A stretch of DNA of 34,417 bases from Opitutales bacterium (GTDB lineage Bacteria; Verrucomicrobiota; Verrucomicrobiia; Opitutales; T3Sed10-336), in contig SLOW01000298.1 in the NCBI GenBank assembly GCA_007132315.1, forward strand, positions 1 to 34,417, written 5' to 3'. The translations under genes and the position numbers were made by a program. The notes under the pieces were generated by a model. It was given only the letters and a program-made list of their open reading frames with translations. It ran no database searches and was not told where the DNA came from. Each line of letters starts with the position of its first letter. Positions within the stretch are counted from its first letter, which is position 1. Below are positions 15,007-25,946 of this stretch, in pieces.

Positions 15007-18000
15007 CAGGTTGGCGCGTGAATTGTCCGGCGTTCGCGGCGCCAGGTGGCGAATTGCGACAGCAGTTTGTAGGCGAGGGCGACAAACGGCAGCGCCACGG
15101 TACTGGCAATGATCATGCCCCCGACCACGACGGTGCCGATCGCCTGCCGGCTGGCGGCTCCGGCACCGGTGGCGAAAACCAGGGGCAGGGTGCCGATGAT
15201 AAAGGTGAGGGCGGTCATGATGATCGGGCGAAACCGTTGCCGCGCGGCGGCGACCGCCGCGTCGTGGGAGCTCATACCGGCTTTCCGGTTTTGCGCGGCG
15301 AACTCGACGATGAGAATGGCGTTCTTCGCCGCCAGACCGATCAGGACCAACAGGCCGACCTGGAAATAGATGTCGTTGGGAAAGCCCCGCAGGAACGTGG
15401 TCATCGCCGCGCCCAGAACCGCGAACGGCACCGCTGACGCCACCGCCAGCGGCAGGGTCCAACGTTCGTATTGTGCCGCCAGGATGAGGAACACCATCAA
15501 CAGCCCCAACCCGAAAGCCGCGCCGCCGGCGCCGGCGGCGACATCGAGCTGATACGCTTCCCCGATCCAGCCCAAGAGAGTGTCGGTGTCGGTACGCAAT
15601 TCGGCCGCCACCGCTTCCATAGCGTCCTTGGCCTGGCCGGTCGTGAAGCCGGGTGCCGGGTCGGCCGTCATTCGGGCCGCCGGATACAGGTTGAACCGGT
15701 TCAGCACATCCGCTCCTCGACTGCGTTCAAGCGTGACCAGCGAATTCAGAGGAATCATCTCGCCCGAGCCGGAGCGCACGAATGCCTTGTGCAGATCTTC
15801 CGGTTGCATCCGGAATTCCGCCTCGGATTGCAGGTTGACCTGCCAGAGCCGGCCGGCGTAGGTGAAGTCATTCACGTACAGGGAACCGAACGTGCTGTTC
15901 ATGGTTTCGAACACCTGGTTGATCGCCACGCCCATCGCTTTCGCTTTTTCCCGGTCCACTTCGGCGTGATAGCGGGGGATGCCGGTATCGAGGGTGGTGC
16001 GCACGTTGACCAGTTCCGGACGCTCCGAAGCGGCGGCGACAAACCGTTGGGCGATGCCTTGCATCTCGTCCGGAGACGTCTCCCCGCGTACCTGGAGGAA
16101 ACCTTCGACCCCGCCGGTGAGGGACAGGCCCTGAATCGGCGGCGGGACGAATGCCATGACGTTGGCCTCCTGAACACCGAGCCCGGCAGCCATCACCCGG
16201 TTGGCGACGGATGCCGCATCCTGTCCGGGACCCGTGCGCTCGCTCCAGGAGGTCAGGTTGATAAATCCGGCCCCCGCGTTCGTACGCAGGGATTCGGCGA
16301 ACAGATCGAATCCGGCGAAGCTGGCGAAGTCGGAGACTTCTTCAAGGGCTACGATCTGACGCGAAAGTGCATCGCGGACCGCCTCGGTGCGTTCGAGCGA
16401 GGAGACGGGCGGCAGATGATAAACCGCCAACGCCACGCCCTGGTCCTCCTGGGGAACCAATCCCGAGGGCATGCGGCTAAGGATGAATAGCGTGGATACG
16501 CCTACCAGTGCGGAAAACAGAACGCCGGGCACCCAGTGCTTCAAAACCGTTCTCACCCCGAAAACGAACGAGTCGTTGATCCGCCCGAACGCCTTGTTGA
16601 ACCAACGGAAGGGCGGCCAGACGTCTTTGGGTGTTCGATCGAGAAGCAGGGCGCACATGGCCGGCGTGAGCGTGAGCGCAACCACGCCGGAAACCACCAC
16701 GGACACCGCGATCGTGACCGCGAACTGGCGGTAAAGCTCGCCCGTCAACCCCCCGAGGAACGTGACCGGGGCAAACACCGCCACCAGCACCAGGGTCGAT
16801 GAGACGACCGCTCCTGTCACCTGGCCCATCGTTTCGATGGCGGCCTCCCGGGCGCGCAACCCCCGTTCGTGCATGAGGCGGGCGACGTTCTCCATCACGA
16901 TAATGGCGTTGTCCACCACGATCCCGATCGCCAGGACGAGACCGAACAGGGTCAGCAGGTTGATGGAAAATCCGAATATCTGCATTCCGGCGAAGGTGCC
17001 GATCAGGGAGACGGGAATCGCCGCCACCGGAATCAAGGTCGCCCGGAAATGCTGGAGAAAGACGAACGTCACCAGGACCACCAGCCCGGTGGCCAGCAGC
17101 AGGGTGATAATCACTTCGCGAATCGAGACTTCCACGAATTCCGTCGTGTCGAAAGGGATGTGATACGACAGACCCTCGGGGAAGCGCTCGGACATCCGGT
17201 CGAGGGCCTCGCGCACCGCCCGGGCGGTGTCGAGCGCGTTGGCGCCGGGTTCCAGAAAGATGCCCAGGGGAACCGTCGGTTCCGCGTTGTGTGTAGCGGA
17301 AAAAGCGTAGTTCTGGGAGCCCAGTTCAACCCGGGCCACATCTCCGAGCCGGAGCGCACTGCCGTCGTCGAGGGAACGGAGAATGACCCGCTCGAACTCT
17401 TCGGCTGAATCCAGTTGCCCGCGCGTCGTGACGGAATAGGTGAATGGTTGTCCGGGGATCGCGGGCTCAGCGCCGATCCGCCCGGCGGCGAACTGGGCGT
17501 TTTGTTCGCGGAGGGAGGCGGCCACATCGGAAGGCGTGAGCTGAAACTGGGCGAGCTTGTCCGGACTGAACCAGATGCGCATCGAATAGTCCTGGGCTCC
17601 GAACAGCGAAGCGTCGCCGACTCCGGGAATGCGGACCAACTCGTCGATGATGTTCAACAGGGCGTAATTGCTGATTTCCAGCGTGCTCTGCCGGGTGGAA
17701 CTCAGCACCGGAACCATCAGAATGTTGGTGGAACGCGCCTCGACCCGTACCCCGAGTTCACGCACCACCTGAGGCAACCGCGGCAGGGCCGCCTGCACGC
17801 GGTTGTTGACGTTGATCGCCGCCTGGTCGGGATCCGTTCCCATCGCGAACGAAACCGAGATTTGCAGCATCCCGGCGTCGGTGCTTGTGGATTGCAGGTA
17901 GATCATGTCGTCCACGCCGTTGATCTCCTGTTCCAGCGGAGCGGCCACCGATTCCGCCAGCACGTCCGCGCTGGCCCCGGGGTAGGTGGCGTTGACGACC

Positions 18001-18128
18001 ACCTGGGGAGGCACTACGTCCGGGTACTGCTCCACCGGAAGGAGAGTCAGCGAAGCGACGCCCGCGATCAGAATCACAAGTGAAACGACCGTTGAAAAGA
18101 TCGGCCGGTCGATGAAAAAACGAAACAT
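15006..18128 (-). CDS. RND efflux transporter permease (AcrB/MexB-like, HAE1)
   Basis: 1040 aa. [27 protein letters not shown] start, 12-TM plus two large periplasmic loop architecture, and conserved [12 protein letters not shown]-type motifs. Confidence 0.95.
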   Translation of the reverse strand: MFRFFIDRPIFSTVVSLVILIAGVASLTLLPVEQYPDVVPPQVVVNATYPGASADVLAESVAAPLEQEINGVDDMIYLQSTSTDAGMLQISVSFAMGTDPDQAAINVNNRVQAALPRLPQVVRELGVRVEARSTNILMVPVLSSTRQSTLEISNYALLNIIDELVRIPGVGDASLFGAQDYSMRIWFSPDKLAQFQLTPSDVAASLREQNAQFAAGRIGAEPAIPGQPFTYSVTTRGQLDSAEEFERVILRSLDDGSALRLGDVARVELGSQNYAFSATHNAEPTVPLGIFLEPGANALDTARAVREALDRMSERFPEGLSYHIPFDTTEFVEVSIREVIITLLLATGLVVLVTFVFLQHFRATLIPVAAIPVSLIGTFAGMQIFGFSINLLTLFGLVLAIGIVVDNAIIVMENVARLMHERGLRAREAAIETMGQVTGAVVSSTLVLVAVFAPVTFLGGLTGELYRQFAVTIAVSVVVSGVVALTLTPAMCALLLDRTPKDVWPPFRWFNKAFGRINDSFVFGVRTVLKHWVPGVLFSALVGVSTLFILSRMPSGLVPQEDQGVALAVYHLPPVSSLERTEAVRDALSRQIVALEEVSDFASFAGFDLFAESLRTNAGAGFINLTSWSERTGPGQDAASVANRVMAAGLGVQEANVMAFVPPPIQGLSLTGGVEGFLQVRGETSPDEMQGIAQRFVAAASERPELVNVRTTLDTGIPRYHAEVDREKAKAMGVAINQVFETMNSTFGSLYVNDFTYAGRLWQVNLQSEAEFRMQPEDLHKAFVRSGSGEMIPLNSLVTLERSRGADVLNRFNLYPAARMTADPAPGFTTGQAKDAMEAVAAELRTDTDTLLGWIGEAYQLDVAAGAGGAAFGLGLLMVFLILAAQYERWTLPLAVASAVPFAVLGAAMTTFLRGFPNDIYFQVGLLVLIGLAAKNAILIVEFAAQNRKAGMSSHDAAVAAARQRFRPIIMTALTFIIGTLPLVFATGAGAASRQAIGTVVVGGMIIASTVALPFVALAYKLLSQFATWRRERRTIHAPT

Positions 18129-19375
18129 CAGTTTTCCTCCCCGTTGCGCGTTTGCGCCGAGACGGCCATGCCCTCCCGAAGGGCCACGTGGCCGTTGACC
18201 ACGAGGCGCTCTCCCTCCTCCAGGCCGGAAAGGACGACTTGCCCGTCATCCACTACCGGCCCCAGTTCCACGTCGCGTGATTCCACCGTGCCGTCTTCGA
18301 GAAGGATGAAGACGCGGGGGCCTTCAGGGCCCTCGCCGATGGCGGTTGGCTCAATGTTGAACACGCCCGTCAATTCCTCCAGGGTGACCCGGACCCGGAC
18401 GAACTGACCGGGGATCAGATCGCCTTCCGGATTCTCGAAGACGGCGCGCACCGTTATCGTGCCGGTTCGCGCGTCGATGGTCGCGTCCGTGAAGTCTAGA
18501 ACGCCCGGTTCCGAGTACCACTCGCCGTCCGGCAGCCGGAGGCGAACATCGCGGCGATGAGCACCGGATTCGTCGTTCACGGTCTTGGCGCGGCGCGCTT
18601 CACGGTGGAGGGCCGCGTCCGATTCGGGCAGCGAAAATCGCACGTGCGCCGGATCCTGCTGAGTCAGGCGGGTCAACGGTTGTCCCGCTTCGATCAGGCT
18701 GCCTTCAGAAAGTGTTTCCAATCCGGTGGATCCGGCGAGGGGAGCCTGGACCCGGGTATAATCGAGATTCCGGACGGCGTCGGCTACCCGGGACCGGTTC
18801 AGTTCCTCCCGTGCCTCGGCGAGCTCGAGCGTGGATTCGGCGTTGTCGCGTTCTCGCTCACTCACCGCGTTGCGGTCGAAAAGGCCCGAAACCCGCCGCC
18901 ATTCCCGTTCCGCCTGCCGGCGGTTGGCCCGGGCATTGGCGAGATCGGCTTCGGATTGGCGCAGGGCGATCTCATACGGTTCGGTTTCGATCGCGAACAG
19001 GATGTCGCCGCGTTCAACGTATTGCCCCTCTTCATACATTCGCTTCTCAAGGATTCCGCCCACCCGGGCCCGCACTTCGACCTCGCGCACGGCACGAACC
19101 CGAGCGGCGTAGTCGCGATGAATCTCAATGTCGCCGGAGGTCACCTCCGCGACCGTGACCGGAGGCGGCGGCGTCTGGCCCACGCCGCCGGGCTGGTCAC
19201 CTCCGCCGCCGGTTACCAAAAACGAACTCAAGCAAGCGATTCCTGTTGCCGCCACGGCAAGCCGAAGATTTCGGTGGGTTGGCGTCCGTGGTGCAACCCG
19301 CCGCGAAGACAGGCTAAAAAATGAAGCCCGGCGGTGGAAGGCACCGCGACGAATTTCCGGGTGGTCGGTTTTCAT
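18128..19375 (-). CDS. RND efflux periplasmic adaptor (membrane fusion protein)
   Basis: HlyD/AcrA-like: lipoyl, coiled-coil hairpin and beta-barrel pattern ([27 protein letters not shown]...). Its stop overlaps the RND start by 1 nt (TGATG). ATG at 19375; in-frame TTG at 19387. Confidence 0.9.
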   Translation of the reverse strand: MKTDHPEIRRGAFHRRASFFSLSSRRVAPRTPTHRNLRLAVAATGIACLSSFLVTGGGGDQPGGVGQTPPPPVTVAEVTSGDIEIHRDYAARVRAVREVEVRARVGGILEKRMYEEGQYVERGDILFAIETEPYEIALRQSEADLANARANRRQAEREWRRVSGLFDRNAVSERERDNAESTLELAEAREELNRSRVADAVRNLDYTRVQAPLAGSTGLETLSEGSLIEAGQPLTRLTQQDPAHVRFSLPESDAALHREARRAKTVNDESGAHRRDVRLRLPDGEWYSEPGVLDFTDATIDARTGTITVRAVFENPEGDLIPGQFVRVRVTLEELTGVFNIEPTAIGEGPEGPRVFILLEDGTVESRDVELGPVVDDGQVVLSGLEEGERLVVNGHVALREGMAVSAQTRNGEEN

Positions 19376-19402
19376 AGGTATAGGCAATAGTGAATGGCAC
19401 TT

Positions 19403-20110
19403 TCAGTCGGATGAGTGATCTTTACGGCCGGCAATACCGTGTAGGACGAAATCTATGACCTCCTGGGCCTGCTGCTCGAAAGGGACCCGGCGCTCGGAGA
19501 AGTGATTGGTGAAAATGACGCCGTAAAGAAGATCGCTGACGACGCGCATGAGCCGCTCCGGATCCATTTGCCGGAAGGCGCCCGACGCCATACCTTCTTC
19601 GGCAATCGCTCGGCGACGGCCGTGATGGCGTTCCTTATACACGAAGTACGTGGCTTTCTTGCGGTCCCGAAACTCGGCCCGTTCGATGATCAGAAGCTCC
19701 ACCATCTCCGGGTGGCGGTCGAAATAACCGAGGTAGGTGTGAACCGACTTTTCCAGTCGCCGAACGGGATCGGATTCATCCTCGAGCGCGGCGTCTATCA
19801 CTTCGCTCAAACCGTGAATTCCCTCGTCCACCGCAGCGAGAAACAGCGCCTCTTTGGTGGAAAAATACCGGTACACCGTTCCTTTCCCAACGCCGAGACG
19901 ATCCGCCAGCACCTGGAGATCGGCGCGCGGATAACCCGTTTCGGCGAACAACCGTGCCGCCTCGGCCAGGATCTCCCGTCGGCGACGTTCCGCAAGAGTC
20001 TCGTCTTTCGGCCGTCCGGCACTCTGCTCGTTTGTTTTCACAAAGCCACCTATTCCCCGGACGGACGAGTCCGTCAACTTAGATGCGTATTTTTCCTTTT
20101 CCCGGGCCAT
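19403..20110 (-). CDS. TetR/AcrR family transcriptional regulator
   Basis: HTH region RRRREILAEAARLFAETGYPRADLQVLADRLGVGKGTVYRYFSTKEALF. It is the first gene of the tetR-MFP-RND unit. The 416-codon ORF in the track is an upstream run-on. Confidence 0.9.
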   Translation of the reverse strand: MAREKEKYASKLTDSSVRGIGGFVKTNEQSAGRPKDETLAERRRREILAEAARLFAETGYPRADLQVLADRLGVGKGTVYRYFSTKEALFLAAVDEGIHGLSEVIDAALEDESDPVRRLEKSVHTYLGYFDRHPEMVELLIIERAEFRDRKKATYFVYKERHHGRRRAIAEEGMASGAFRQMDPERLMRVVSDLLYGVIFTNHFSERRVPFEQQAQEVIDFVLHGIAGRKDHSSD

Positions 20111-20275
20111 CACGACACCCGAAAACGCGCCTACCACCGCCATTTGCGGGAAATAAGGGCAGGCTGGGGGGAAATGGGGGCGATTCGAACAACAGGGAGC
20201 AAGATGATTCTCATTCCACTGTTTCCATTGCCAAGGACTGCGATCCAACACTATTATCTGAACCGCAAAGGCATT

Positions 20276-20548
20276 ATGACTGTTCTCGAATTTATCCTCC
20301 TGCTCTTGATCGCCGGAATCTGCGGGGCCATCGGACAAGCCATCGCCGGTTCTTCCCGCGGGGGGATCCTGGTCTCGATCGCCGTCGGTTTTATCGGAGC
20401 ACTGCTCGGTTCCTGGATGAGTGCGCAGCTCGGGCTGCCCGAGCTTTTGAATGTTACCATCGGCGGCAACTCCTTTCCCATCGTCTGGTCGATTATCGGC
20501 TCGGTGGTGTTCGTGCTGATCGTGGGATTGCTCACGAAAAGGCGTTGA
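20276..20548 (+). CDS. GlsB/YeaQ/YmgE family stress-response membrane protein
   Basis: 90 aa, three Gly-rich TM segments (LLLLIAGICGAIGQAIAG...ILVSIAVGFIGALLGSWM...IVWSIIGSVVFVLIVGLL). Confidence 0.85.
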   Translation: MTVLEFILLLLIAGICGAIGQAIAGSSRGGILVSIAVGFIGALLGSWMSAQLGLPELLNVTIGGNSFPIVWSIIGSVVFVLIVGLLTKRR

Positions 20549-21051
20549 TCGGGCCTGCCCGTCTGTCCGGCTTGCTCGACAGACTCCCATCCACCGGGTG
20601 ATCGAACGGACTTGTAGCGACCAGTTCGACAGGACCATCGGCGAACGGAGCAATGAGCATCAAATGGGCTTGACTTCGTCAAGGAATCCAGGTATCCGTA
20701 CTGGCGTGAAGGGTTCACTTTTCAGTTTCTTTGAAAGATTGTGTCTAGGCGGTGCCCCGCCAGAGGTCTGCCTTGAATGGTGCCGGTAATCGGGCGTGTT
20801 TTTGGCATGTTTCAAACAAAGCGCGCACATCCAACTGAACATTGGAGCCGATTGCCGGATTAGTCGTACCCCGGCCGGGAATTTCGCGTCGGAATGACAC
20901 CATCCCGCTGGGGTTCCATCGAACACATAAGCATTTTTTTCCGAGATGCATATTAATTGGACCTTGCTCAATCGAGTTCCCGTACTTTGACGCCGGATTC
21001 CGGCCGGGTAATGGTGTGCAGGCGGAAACAACAACAGGAGGAGAACGGAAT

Positions 21052-21468
21052 ATGATGAATGCGACACGAAACAACCTGATTATGACCGGCCACGGCCTGA
21101 AATTGACGGAGGCATTGAAAGCTTTCATTCAGGAGAAGACGAACCTGTTGTTTCGTCATGACGGCCGAATCATTCGTATTCGGGTGGAACTCGGGATGGA
21201 GCTCAGCCGGGAATCTAAGCTTTTATTCACAGCGCGTGGAATATTGGAGATTGATGGACCGGTCATGGTCGTTTGCGAAAAATCCGAAAACGCCTACACG
21301 GCGATAGAATTCATGGTGCGGAAACTGGACCGACGGCTCCGTCAGCGTCATCGCCGCCGGCGTTACAAGAGGGTTCATCCTAGGGCAATCGACCTCCCGG
21401 CGGATCTTCCAAAGACTGGTCGGAAGCGAGTGTTAAGCAGAACCGGCGAAGCGTTTACGTTTGCGTAG
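21052..21468 (+). CDS. hpf: Ribosome hibernation-promoting factor (HPF/RaiA)
   Basis: IMTGHGLKLTEALKAFIQEKTNLLFRHDGRIIRIRVEL...AYTAIEFMVRKLDRRLRQ is collinear with HPF. An AGGAGGAG RBS lies 8 nt upstream. Confidence 0.9.
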   Translation: MMNATRNNLIMTGHGLKLTEALKAFIQEKTNLLFRHDGRIIRIRVELGMELSRESKLLFTARGILEIDGPVMVVCEKSENAYTAIEFMVRKLDRRLRQRHRRRRYKRVHPRAIDLPADLPKTGRKRVLSRTGEAFTFA

Positions 21469-21616
21469 GCTGCCGCCAAATTCTACGCGGTCAATTCGAG
21501 TACAAAGGATTTTTTCGAGGATTCGGCTTGAAGCGGCAAGGTTCCCATACGGTGGAGCTTGCCGGATATTGTTCTCCAAATCAGCAAGACAACTGTTAAA
21601 TGAAAGAGGACTTAAC

Positions 21617-22093
21617 ATGAAAATCTGCTACATTTCGTCGGGCGATCTCATTCGTCGCAAGCTCACTCACGGGACCAAGCGTGGAAAGACGATATTTATC
21701 ACTTCTGAAGACCACATTCGTCTCAAGACAACATTGGAAAGGCTTCTGTTTGAGGATGTGAAGTCCTACGTATCACTCGGACAGCTTCAGAGTGAGCTCG
21801 ACCGCGCCGTGATCTTGGAGTCCTGGGCGATTCCGCTGGGCGTGGTGACCATCAATTCTCGTGTGCACCTGCTGGATATGGACACCGGCGAAACCGAGGA
21901 ATGGGTTCTGACCATGCCGGAACACGCCGACCCGGATGGGCATAGGCTTTCGGTCCTTGCGCCGATCGGCACGGCCATTCTGGGATTCTCGGAAGGAGAC
22001 GAAATTGAATGGGAGACTCCGGGAGGAACCAGGAGGATCAAAATGTTTAAGGTTGAAGGAGGAGCGCAAAGCAGATTCGGTATTGCCGCCTGA
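21617..22093 (+). CDS. rnk: Rnk-like regulator (GreA/GreB C-terminal domain family)
   Basis: VVTINSRVHLLDMDTGETEEWVLTMPEHADPDGHRLSVLAPIGTAILGFSEGDEIEWETPGG closely parallels E. coli Rnk. Confidence 0.85.
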   Translation: MKICYISSGDLIRRKLTHGTKRGKTIFITSEDHIRLKTTLERLLFEDVKSYVSLGQLQSELDRAVILESWAIPLGVVTINSRVHLLDMDTGETEEWVLTMPEHADPDGHRLSVLAPIGTAILGFSEGDEIEWETPGGTRRIKMFKVEGGAQSRFGIAA

Positions 22094-22299
22094 CCCTCCT
22101 TCGGGCCCAGCCAGTACGTCATTTCACATGAAATGGTACTCAAAAAGTAAGGAGTTTCTCCGAAGCTCCGGCCAAGGAGGCCGATGCAACAAGTAAACCG
22201 GTGACCAGCACTGATTTTCCAATTGATTTTATCGTCACCGGACACGGATAAAGTAAAGGAACGACTCCGTCAAATCCTGCACGCGGTTGTGGACAGCGG

Positions 22300-24672
22300 T
22301 CAATCGCCCGACGCCGTTTCCGGTCGAATAACGAGCGTGGGCGGGACGTCCGCGGGGAACCTGGCTACGCCCAGGCGGGCCAGACCGTGGCGGGTGTGGT
22401 AGCTTTGCTCGCCGAGCCGGACTTCGCCGGCGTCCGGGGTGTGAAAAATCTGGGTGTGACCGTTTCGGGTCACTCGGATTTCCTCGGACCCGACGTCGAT
22501 AGCCGTGGAGTTTTCACCGTCGGTTTCGAAAACGGGCCATACCATTCCCAGGAGCGGCGCGCCGCCTGAGGCCGATGCGGTGAGCCTAAGTTCCTCCGGC
22601 TCCAGAACATAATGTTCGCGCACCTCTTCGACGCCGCGAAATTCCCCGTGGTAGGTCAGGGTGAAATCGATTCGTTCGGGGTCCTGAGCGTCAATCGTTA
22701 GATCAACGGTGTCGATCGCCCGTTTGTCGTACTCGCCGAGTCGCCGCCATTGGCCATCGGAATCGCGCCAGGTCAAACCGGCCGCCGCGAACAGCCGGGA
22801 CTCATCCCGTTGAGCGACACCGTCGCCGGGGCCGAGGAGCGGGTCGCCGGCGGGGTGGTGGACGCGGAGCAGACCGGTGGCGTGGAGGTTGGGCAGACCC
22901 GCGGTGTCGATCAGAACGTAGTGACCGCCGGCGTTCGCGATCACGGTGTGAAAGTCCTCGCGGAGATCGAGCAGGAAGCCTCCGGTTTCGACCGGAGTCA
23001 ACTGTTCGCGCCAGACCGGAACGTCCTGGTTTTCCGTGAAAGCGGCGTGGTGGTGTGCCAGGGCCAGCAGGGCCACGGTCAGGAGGTTGGCGGAGGAATG
23101 GTGCGAAGTGGCCTCGAAGCCGTGGCGCTCCTTGGGAGGGTACCGGTTCTTGACGATCCAGAAATCCTTTTCCGGACGAACCCAGTCTCGCAACGAGGCC
23201 AGCGAAAGGCGGGCGGCTCGCTTGAAGACGCCGGCCAGTACCGGATCGCCCGCTTCGATGGCCCGCCGGGCGTGGATTTCGAATGCGGCACATTGGAGGG
23301 CTTCGTTCCATTGGTGCTGGGAACCCCGTCCGCCGATCGGCAACGTTCCGTGCGGCGATTGCAGAAACAGGCTGGTCAGCGCACCCCGGTCCATCAGGAC
23401 GTTCAGTTTATTGGCGAACGCACCGGTGTAGCCGTGTGTCAGCATATCGGTGAGCCAGAAGCGCGCGAAGAGATCGTAAGCCAGAGATTCGCCTCCGGGG
23501 TCGAGGTAGAGACCCCAAGGCGTGAAGAAGCGTCCGTGTTCCCGGAGTGAACGGTCCACATATGCTCCGTTTTCACGCAGACCGAGATCCTGCAGCCGGG
23601 CCTCGCCACTGAGCGCCGAAACGTTCCAGTGTCCGCCGCCGGGTGGAGCGCGATAGACCTGAGAAGGCTCCAGTCCGGCAAGTGTTGTCCGCCACCGGTC
23701 GAGTCGTTCCTCTTCGACAGTATCCTGGAGGAAGGGCAGCGTCCGGGCCAGCAGGGAAACGTGGAAATCCTCGTACTGGTTGGAGCCCTGCCCGTTGGCC
23801 AGACCATTCACAGCGTGATCCATGGCATCGGAAGCCAATTGAATGAGTGACGCGCTTCCGTCGGCCTTCGCCGCCACCGCCGCCGCGAGGGCGTAAGCGG
23901 GAGTCGCGTAACGGGTTTCCTCGTCGGCGTACGGATCGATGATAGCGCCGCTGTCTTCCTGGTAATCACGAAACGCCTCCACCACGCATCGAAGCAGGTC
24001 GAGGTAGTCGTTGCGGTTGAGACCGGTTTCATCCGGCGGTTTGCGATTGCTGATCGCTGCGCGGAATTCGGCGGCCAAGGGAGCCGTGGGGTCGGGGCTT
24101 TCCGCCGCGCGGCTCCAATGCTCCGGCGCCGGCAGCGGCGTGCGTGCGATTTCCTCCGAAACCAAATCGTCCTCCCGTTCAAGCGCTAACGCGTTGACGA
24201 CCCAGCGATTGCGCTCGGTTTCGAGGGTGATTTCCAGAAAACCTTCGGTGACGGGAATGGATGCCGATGATGTTACATACTGTCCGGGCAGCGGATACAT
24301 GCGGGGAAAGTCGATGCCGTCGGCGTTAACGGAAACCAGGGTGGAATGGTTGGTCGTCGCCCGGTTGCCCGAAGTGACCGTCAAGCGGTAAACGCCAGGT
24401 TCCAAATCAACCCGAAATACAGCCGCGTCGGCGGACCAGGCGAAATCCCGGCGCAGCGAATCGGGCCGTTCCTCGTCGGTGGTGGCCACCAGTGCTTCCG
24501 GCATCCACCCAAAACCGGCGTCCTGGTTGTAGAGGGTTGTTTCATCGACACTCAGGTAGCTGTCGGCCGTATCCGCGCCGCCGAAATCGAATCGCGGTCC
24601 GGCGGCGAGGTGCCCGGCTGTGAAAAGACAGAGCAAGGCGACGGAAAAGCAGCGCACAATATTGGTAGTCAT
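22300..24672 (-). CDS. Large secreted uncharacterised protein, probable polysaccharide-active enzyme
   Basis: Signal peptide MTTNIVRCFSVALLCLFTAGHLAA. The N-terminal beta-sandwich resembles carbohydrate-binding modules (FDFGG...GFGW...FRVDLEPGVYRLTVTSGN). The long helical region would be compatible with an alpha/alpha toroid. No catalytic motif identified. Confidence 0.6.
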   Translation of the reverse strand: MTTNIVRCFSVALLCLFTAGHLAAGPRFDFGGADTADSYLSVDETTLYNQDAGFGWMPEALVATTDEERPDSLRRDFAWSADAAVFRVDLEPGVYRLTVTSGNRATTNHSTLVSVNADGIDFPRMYPLPGQYVTSSASIPVTEGFLEITLETERNRWVVNALALEREDDLVSEEIARTPLPAPEHWSRAAESPDPTAPLAAEFRAAISNRKPPDETGLNRNDYLDLLRCVVEAFRDYQEDSGAIIDPYADEETRYATPAYALAAAVAAKADGSASLIQLASDAMDHAVNGLANGQGSNQYEDFHVSLLARTLPFLQDTVEEERLDRWRTTLAGLEPSQVYRAPPGGGHWNVSALSGEARLQDLGLRENGAYVDRSLREHGRFFTPWGLYLDPGGESLAYDLFARFWLTDMLTHGYTGAFANKLNVLMDRGALTSLFLQSPHGTLPIGGRGSQHQWNEALQCAAFEIHARRAIEAGDPVLAGVFKRAARLSLASLRDWVRPEKDFWIVKNRYPPKERHGFEATSHHSSANLLTVALLALAHHHAAFTENQDVPVWREQLTPVETGGFLLDLREDFHTVIANAGGHYVLIDTAGLPNLHATGLLRVHHPAGDPLLGPGDGVAQRDESRLFAAAGLTWRDSDGQWRRLGEYDKRAIDTVDLTIDAQDPERIDFTLTYHGEFRGVEEVREHYVLEPEELRLTASASGGAPLLGMVWPVFETDGENSTAIDVGSEEIRVTRNGHTQIFHTPDAGEVRLGEQSYHTRHGLARLGVARFPADVPPTLVIRPETASGD

Positions 24673-24924
24673 GGGTACAGGTGTGGGATCCCGGTCCAGG
24701 GTTGGCTTCAAAACGAAGCATGCCATCGTGTGATACAACGGCAACGCCCCTCCGGCCTGCCGGTATGTCGTCGGGAGTTTCATCACTGTTTCTCCGGATC
24801 ACGAGGAATGCCATATTGTTCCGGAAATTTGCAATATAAGGTTTTTTTGTCTGGAAGGGAACACCCGTGAGTTCGCTATGTCGCGGGTCAATTGGAACTT
24901 GATGTATCCGCGGGGGCACGAACA

Positions 24925-25680
24925 ATGGATTGGCGTATGAGGTCTAAGATCACTATCCCACATCTTTGGGATCAAGCGAGAACCGTTATTTCAGCGGGAT
25001 TGGGCGCGACTCTGGCAGGTGTTCTTGTCGTTGGGTGGTCGTCGGTTTCCGGAGCCGATGAAGCCGGCGATACCGAAGAGCTGCGGAATAATTCTCCTTT
25101 TATCCCTGAGGATTTTGTGGATCCCGACGATCGCCGATCCCCCAAGCCCGAACCGGAGCCGGAACCCGAGCCGCGTGACGATCCGCTCGATGATCTCCAG
25201 TTGCGCGGCATTACCGTGGTCGGCGACGAGGAGTTGTTCAGCCTTCACGATCCCTCCAGCGAGGAAAGTTTTTGGCTGGCCGTCGATCAGAGCGAGGGAG
25301 ATTACACGTTGTTGGCCTTCGACGATTCAGCGGAGTCGGTCACTGTGGGACGGGGCGATCGCGAGCGTTCCATCGTGCTAAACGAAGCCGAGATTGAAGC
25401 ACTGTCCGAGGATGAGTTAGAGCGCCGGCAGCAGGAGGAGAGCGAACGGCGCGAACGGATGATGGAGCAGGCGGGCGTTACGTCGGCGGATGAAACCGAC
25501 CGTGCCGGTGGCCCCCCTTCCGAGGATTCCCAGGTTGACGCGACCCGGCCCGATGGTCCGACGGAAGCCGCCGACGAGGGTCAGCCGGATGCCGAAGAGA
25601 CGGACGAACGCCTCCGGCAGGCGGCGGAGGAATTGCGCCAGCGGAGGGCGTTGCGCGGAAGCGGTGGTGAAGAGGATTGA
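24925..25680 (+). CDS. Membrane-anchored, highly acidic low-complexity protein
   Basis: One TM span (VISAGLGATLAGVLVVGW), a (EP)4 repeat, a small beta-rich core (LQLRGITVVGDEELFSLHD...YTLLAFD) and an E/D/R-rich tail. Confidence 0.5.
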   Translation: MDWRMRSKITIPHLWDQARTVISAGLGATLAGVLVVGWSSVSGADEAGDTEELRNNSPFIPEDFVDPDDRRSPKPEPEPEPEPRDDPLDDLQLRGITVVGDEELFSLHDPSSEESFWLAVDQSEGDYTLLAFDDSAESVTVGRGDRERSIVLNEAEIEALSEDELERRQQEESERRERMMEQAGVTSADETDRAGGPPSEDSQVDATRPDGPTEAADEGQPDAEETDERLRQAAEELRQRRALRGSGGEED

Positions 25681-25946
25681 TCTTTTAGGAATCTGTCGGG
25701 CTTGTACTTTCGGATAATCAATGCTTGAAGTCCCTCACTGCAAGGCGGCAAGGGAAGGGGTCGGCGGGGGTAATACCTAGCGCCGTGGTGACCGGAACAC
25801 CCGGTCGGCAGGGTGTCATCTTGTCAGTTGTCAGATCCGATTGCTGACGGAAGCCTCTGACAGTCATTCGTTTTTTGGGTTGATTCGGTGGACAGGCGGC
25901 AGCAGGGTCAAAGGTCTTATGTTATCCGGCATCAATTGAAGCCTTT

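Noticed and set aside
20170-20200. tRNA-like T-arm strings (gggcgattcgaacaa at about 20183; gggttcgag at about 1727 and about 8008)
   Set aside because: No acceptor, D or anticodon stems can be built around them, and two of the three lie inside coding sequence.
19403-20653. 416-codon minus-strand ORF as a single large gene
   Set aside because: Only the C-terminal 236 residues look like a TetR regulator. The upstream part is low-complexity and runs antisense through the well-supported glsB-like gene. The start was reassigned to the ATG at 20110.
20549-21051. 500-nt lower-GC region upstream of hpf as an ncRNA or sigma-54 promoter (tggcatgtttcaaac; ttggaccttgctc)
   Set aside because: The GG/GC spacing does not fit the -24/-12 geometry, and I found no convincing conserved structure. 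It may simply be a long leader.
25141-25175. Short tandem repeat (ccggag/ccggaa units) as a possible CRISPR-like or VNTR array
   Set aside because: It is an in-frame (Glu-Pro)4 coding microsatellite inside the acidic protein gene, with no spacer/repeat architecture.
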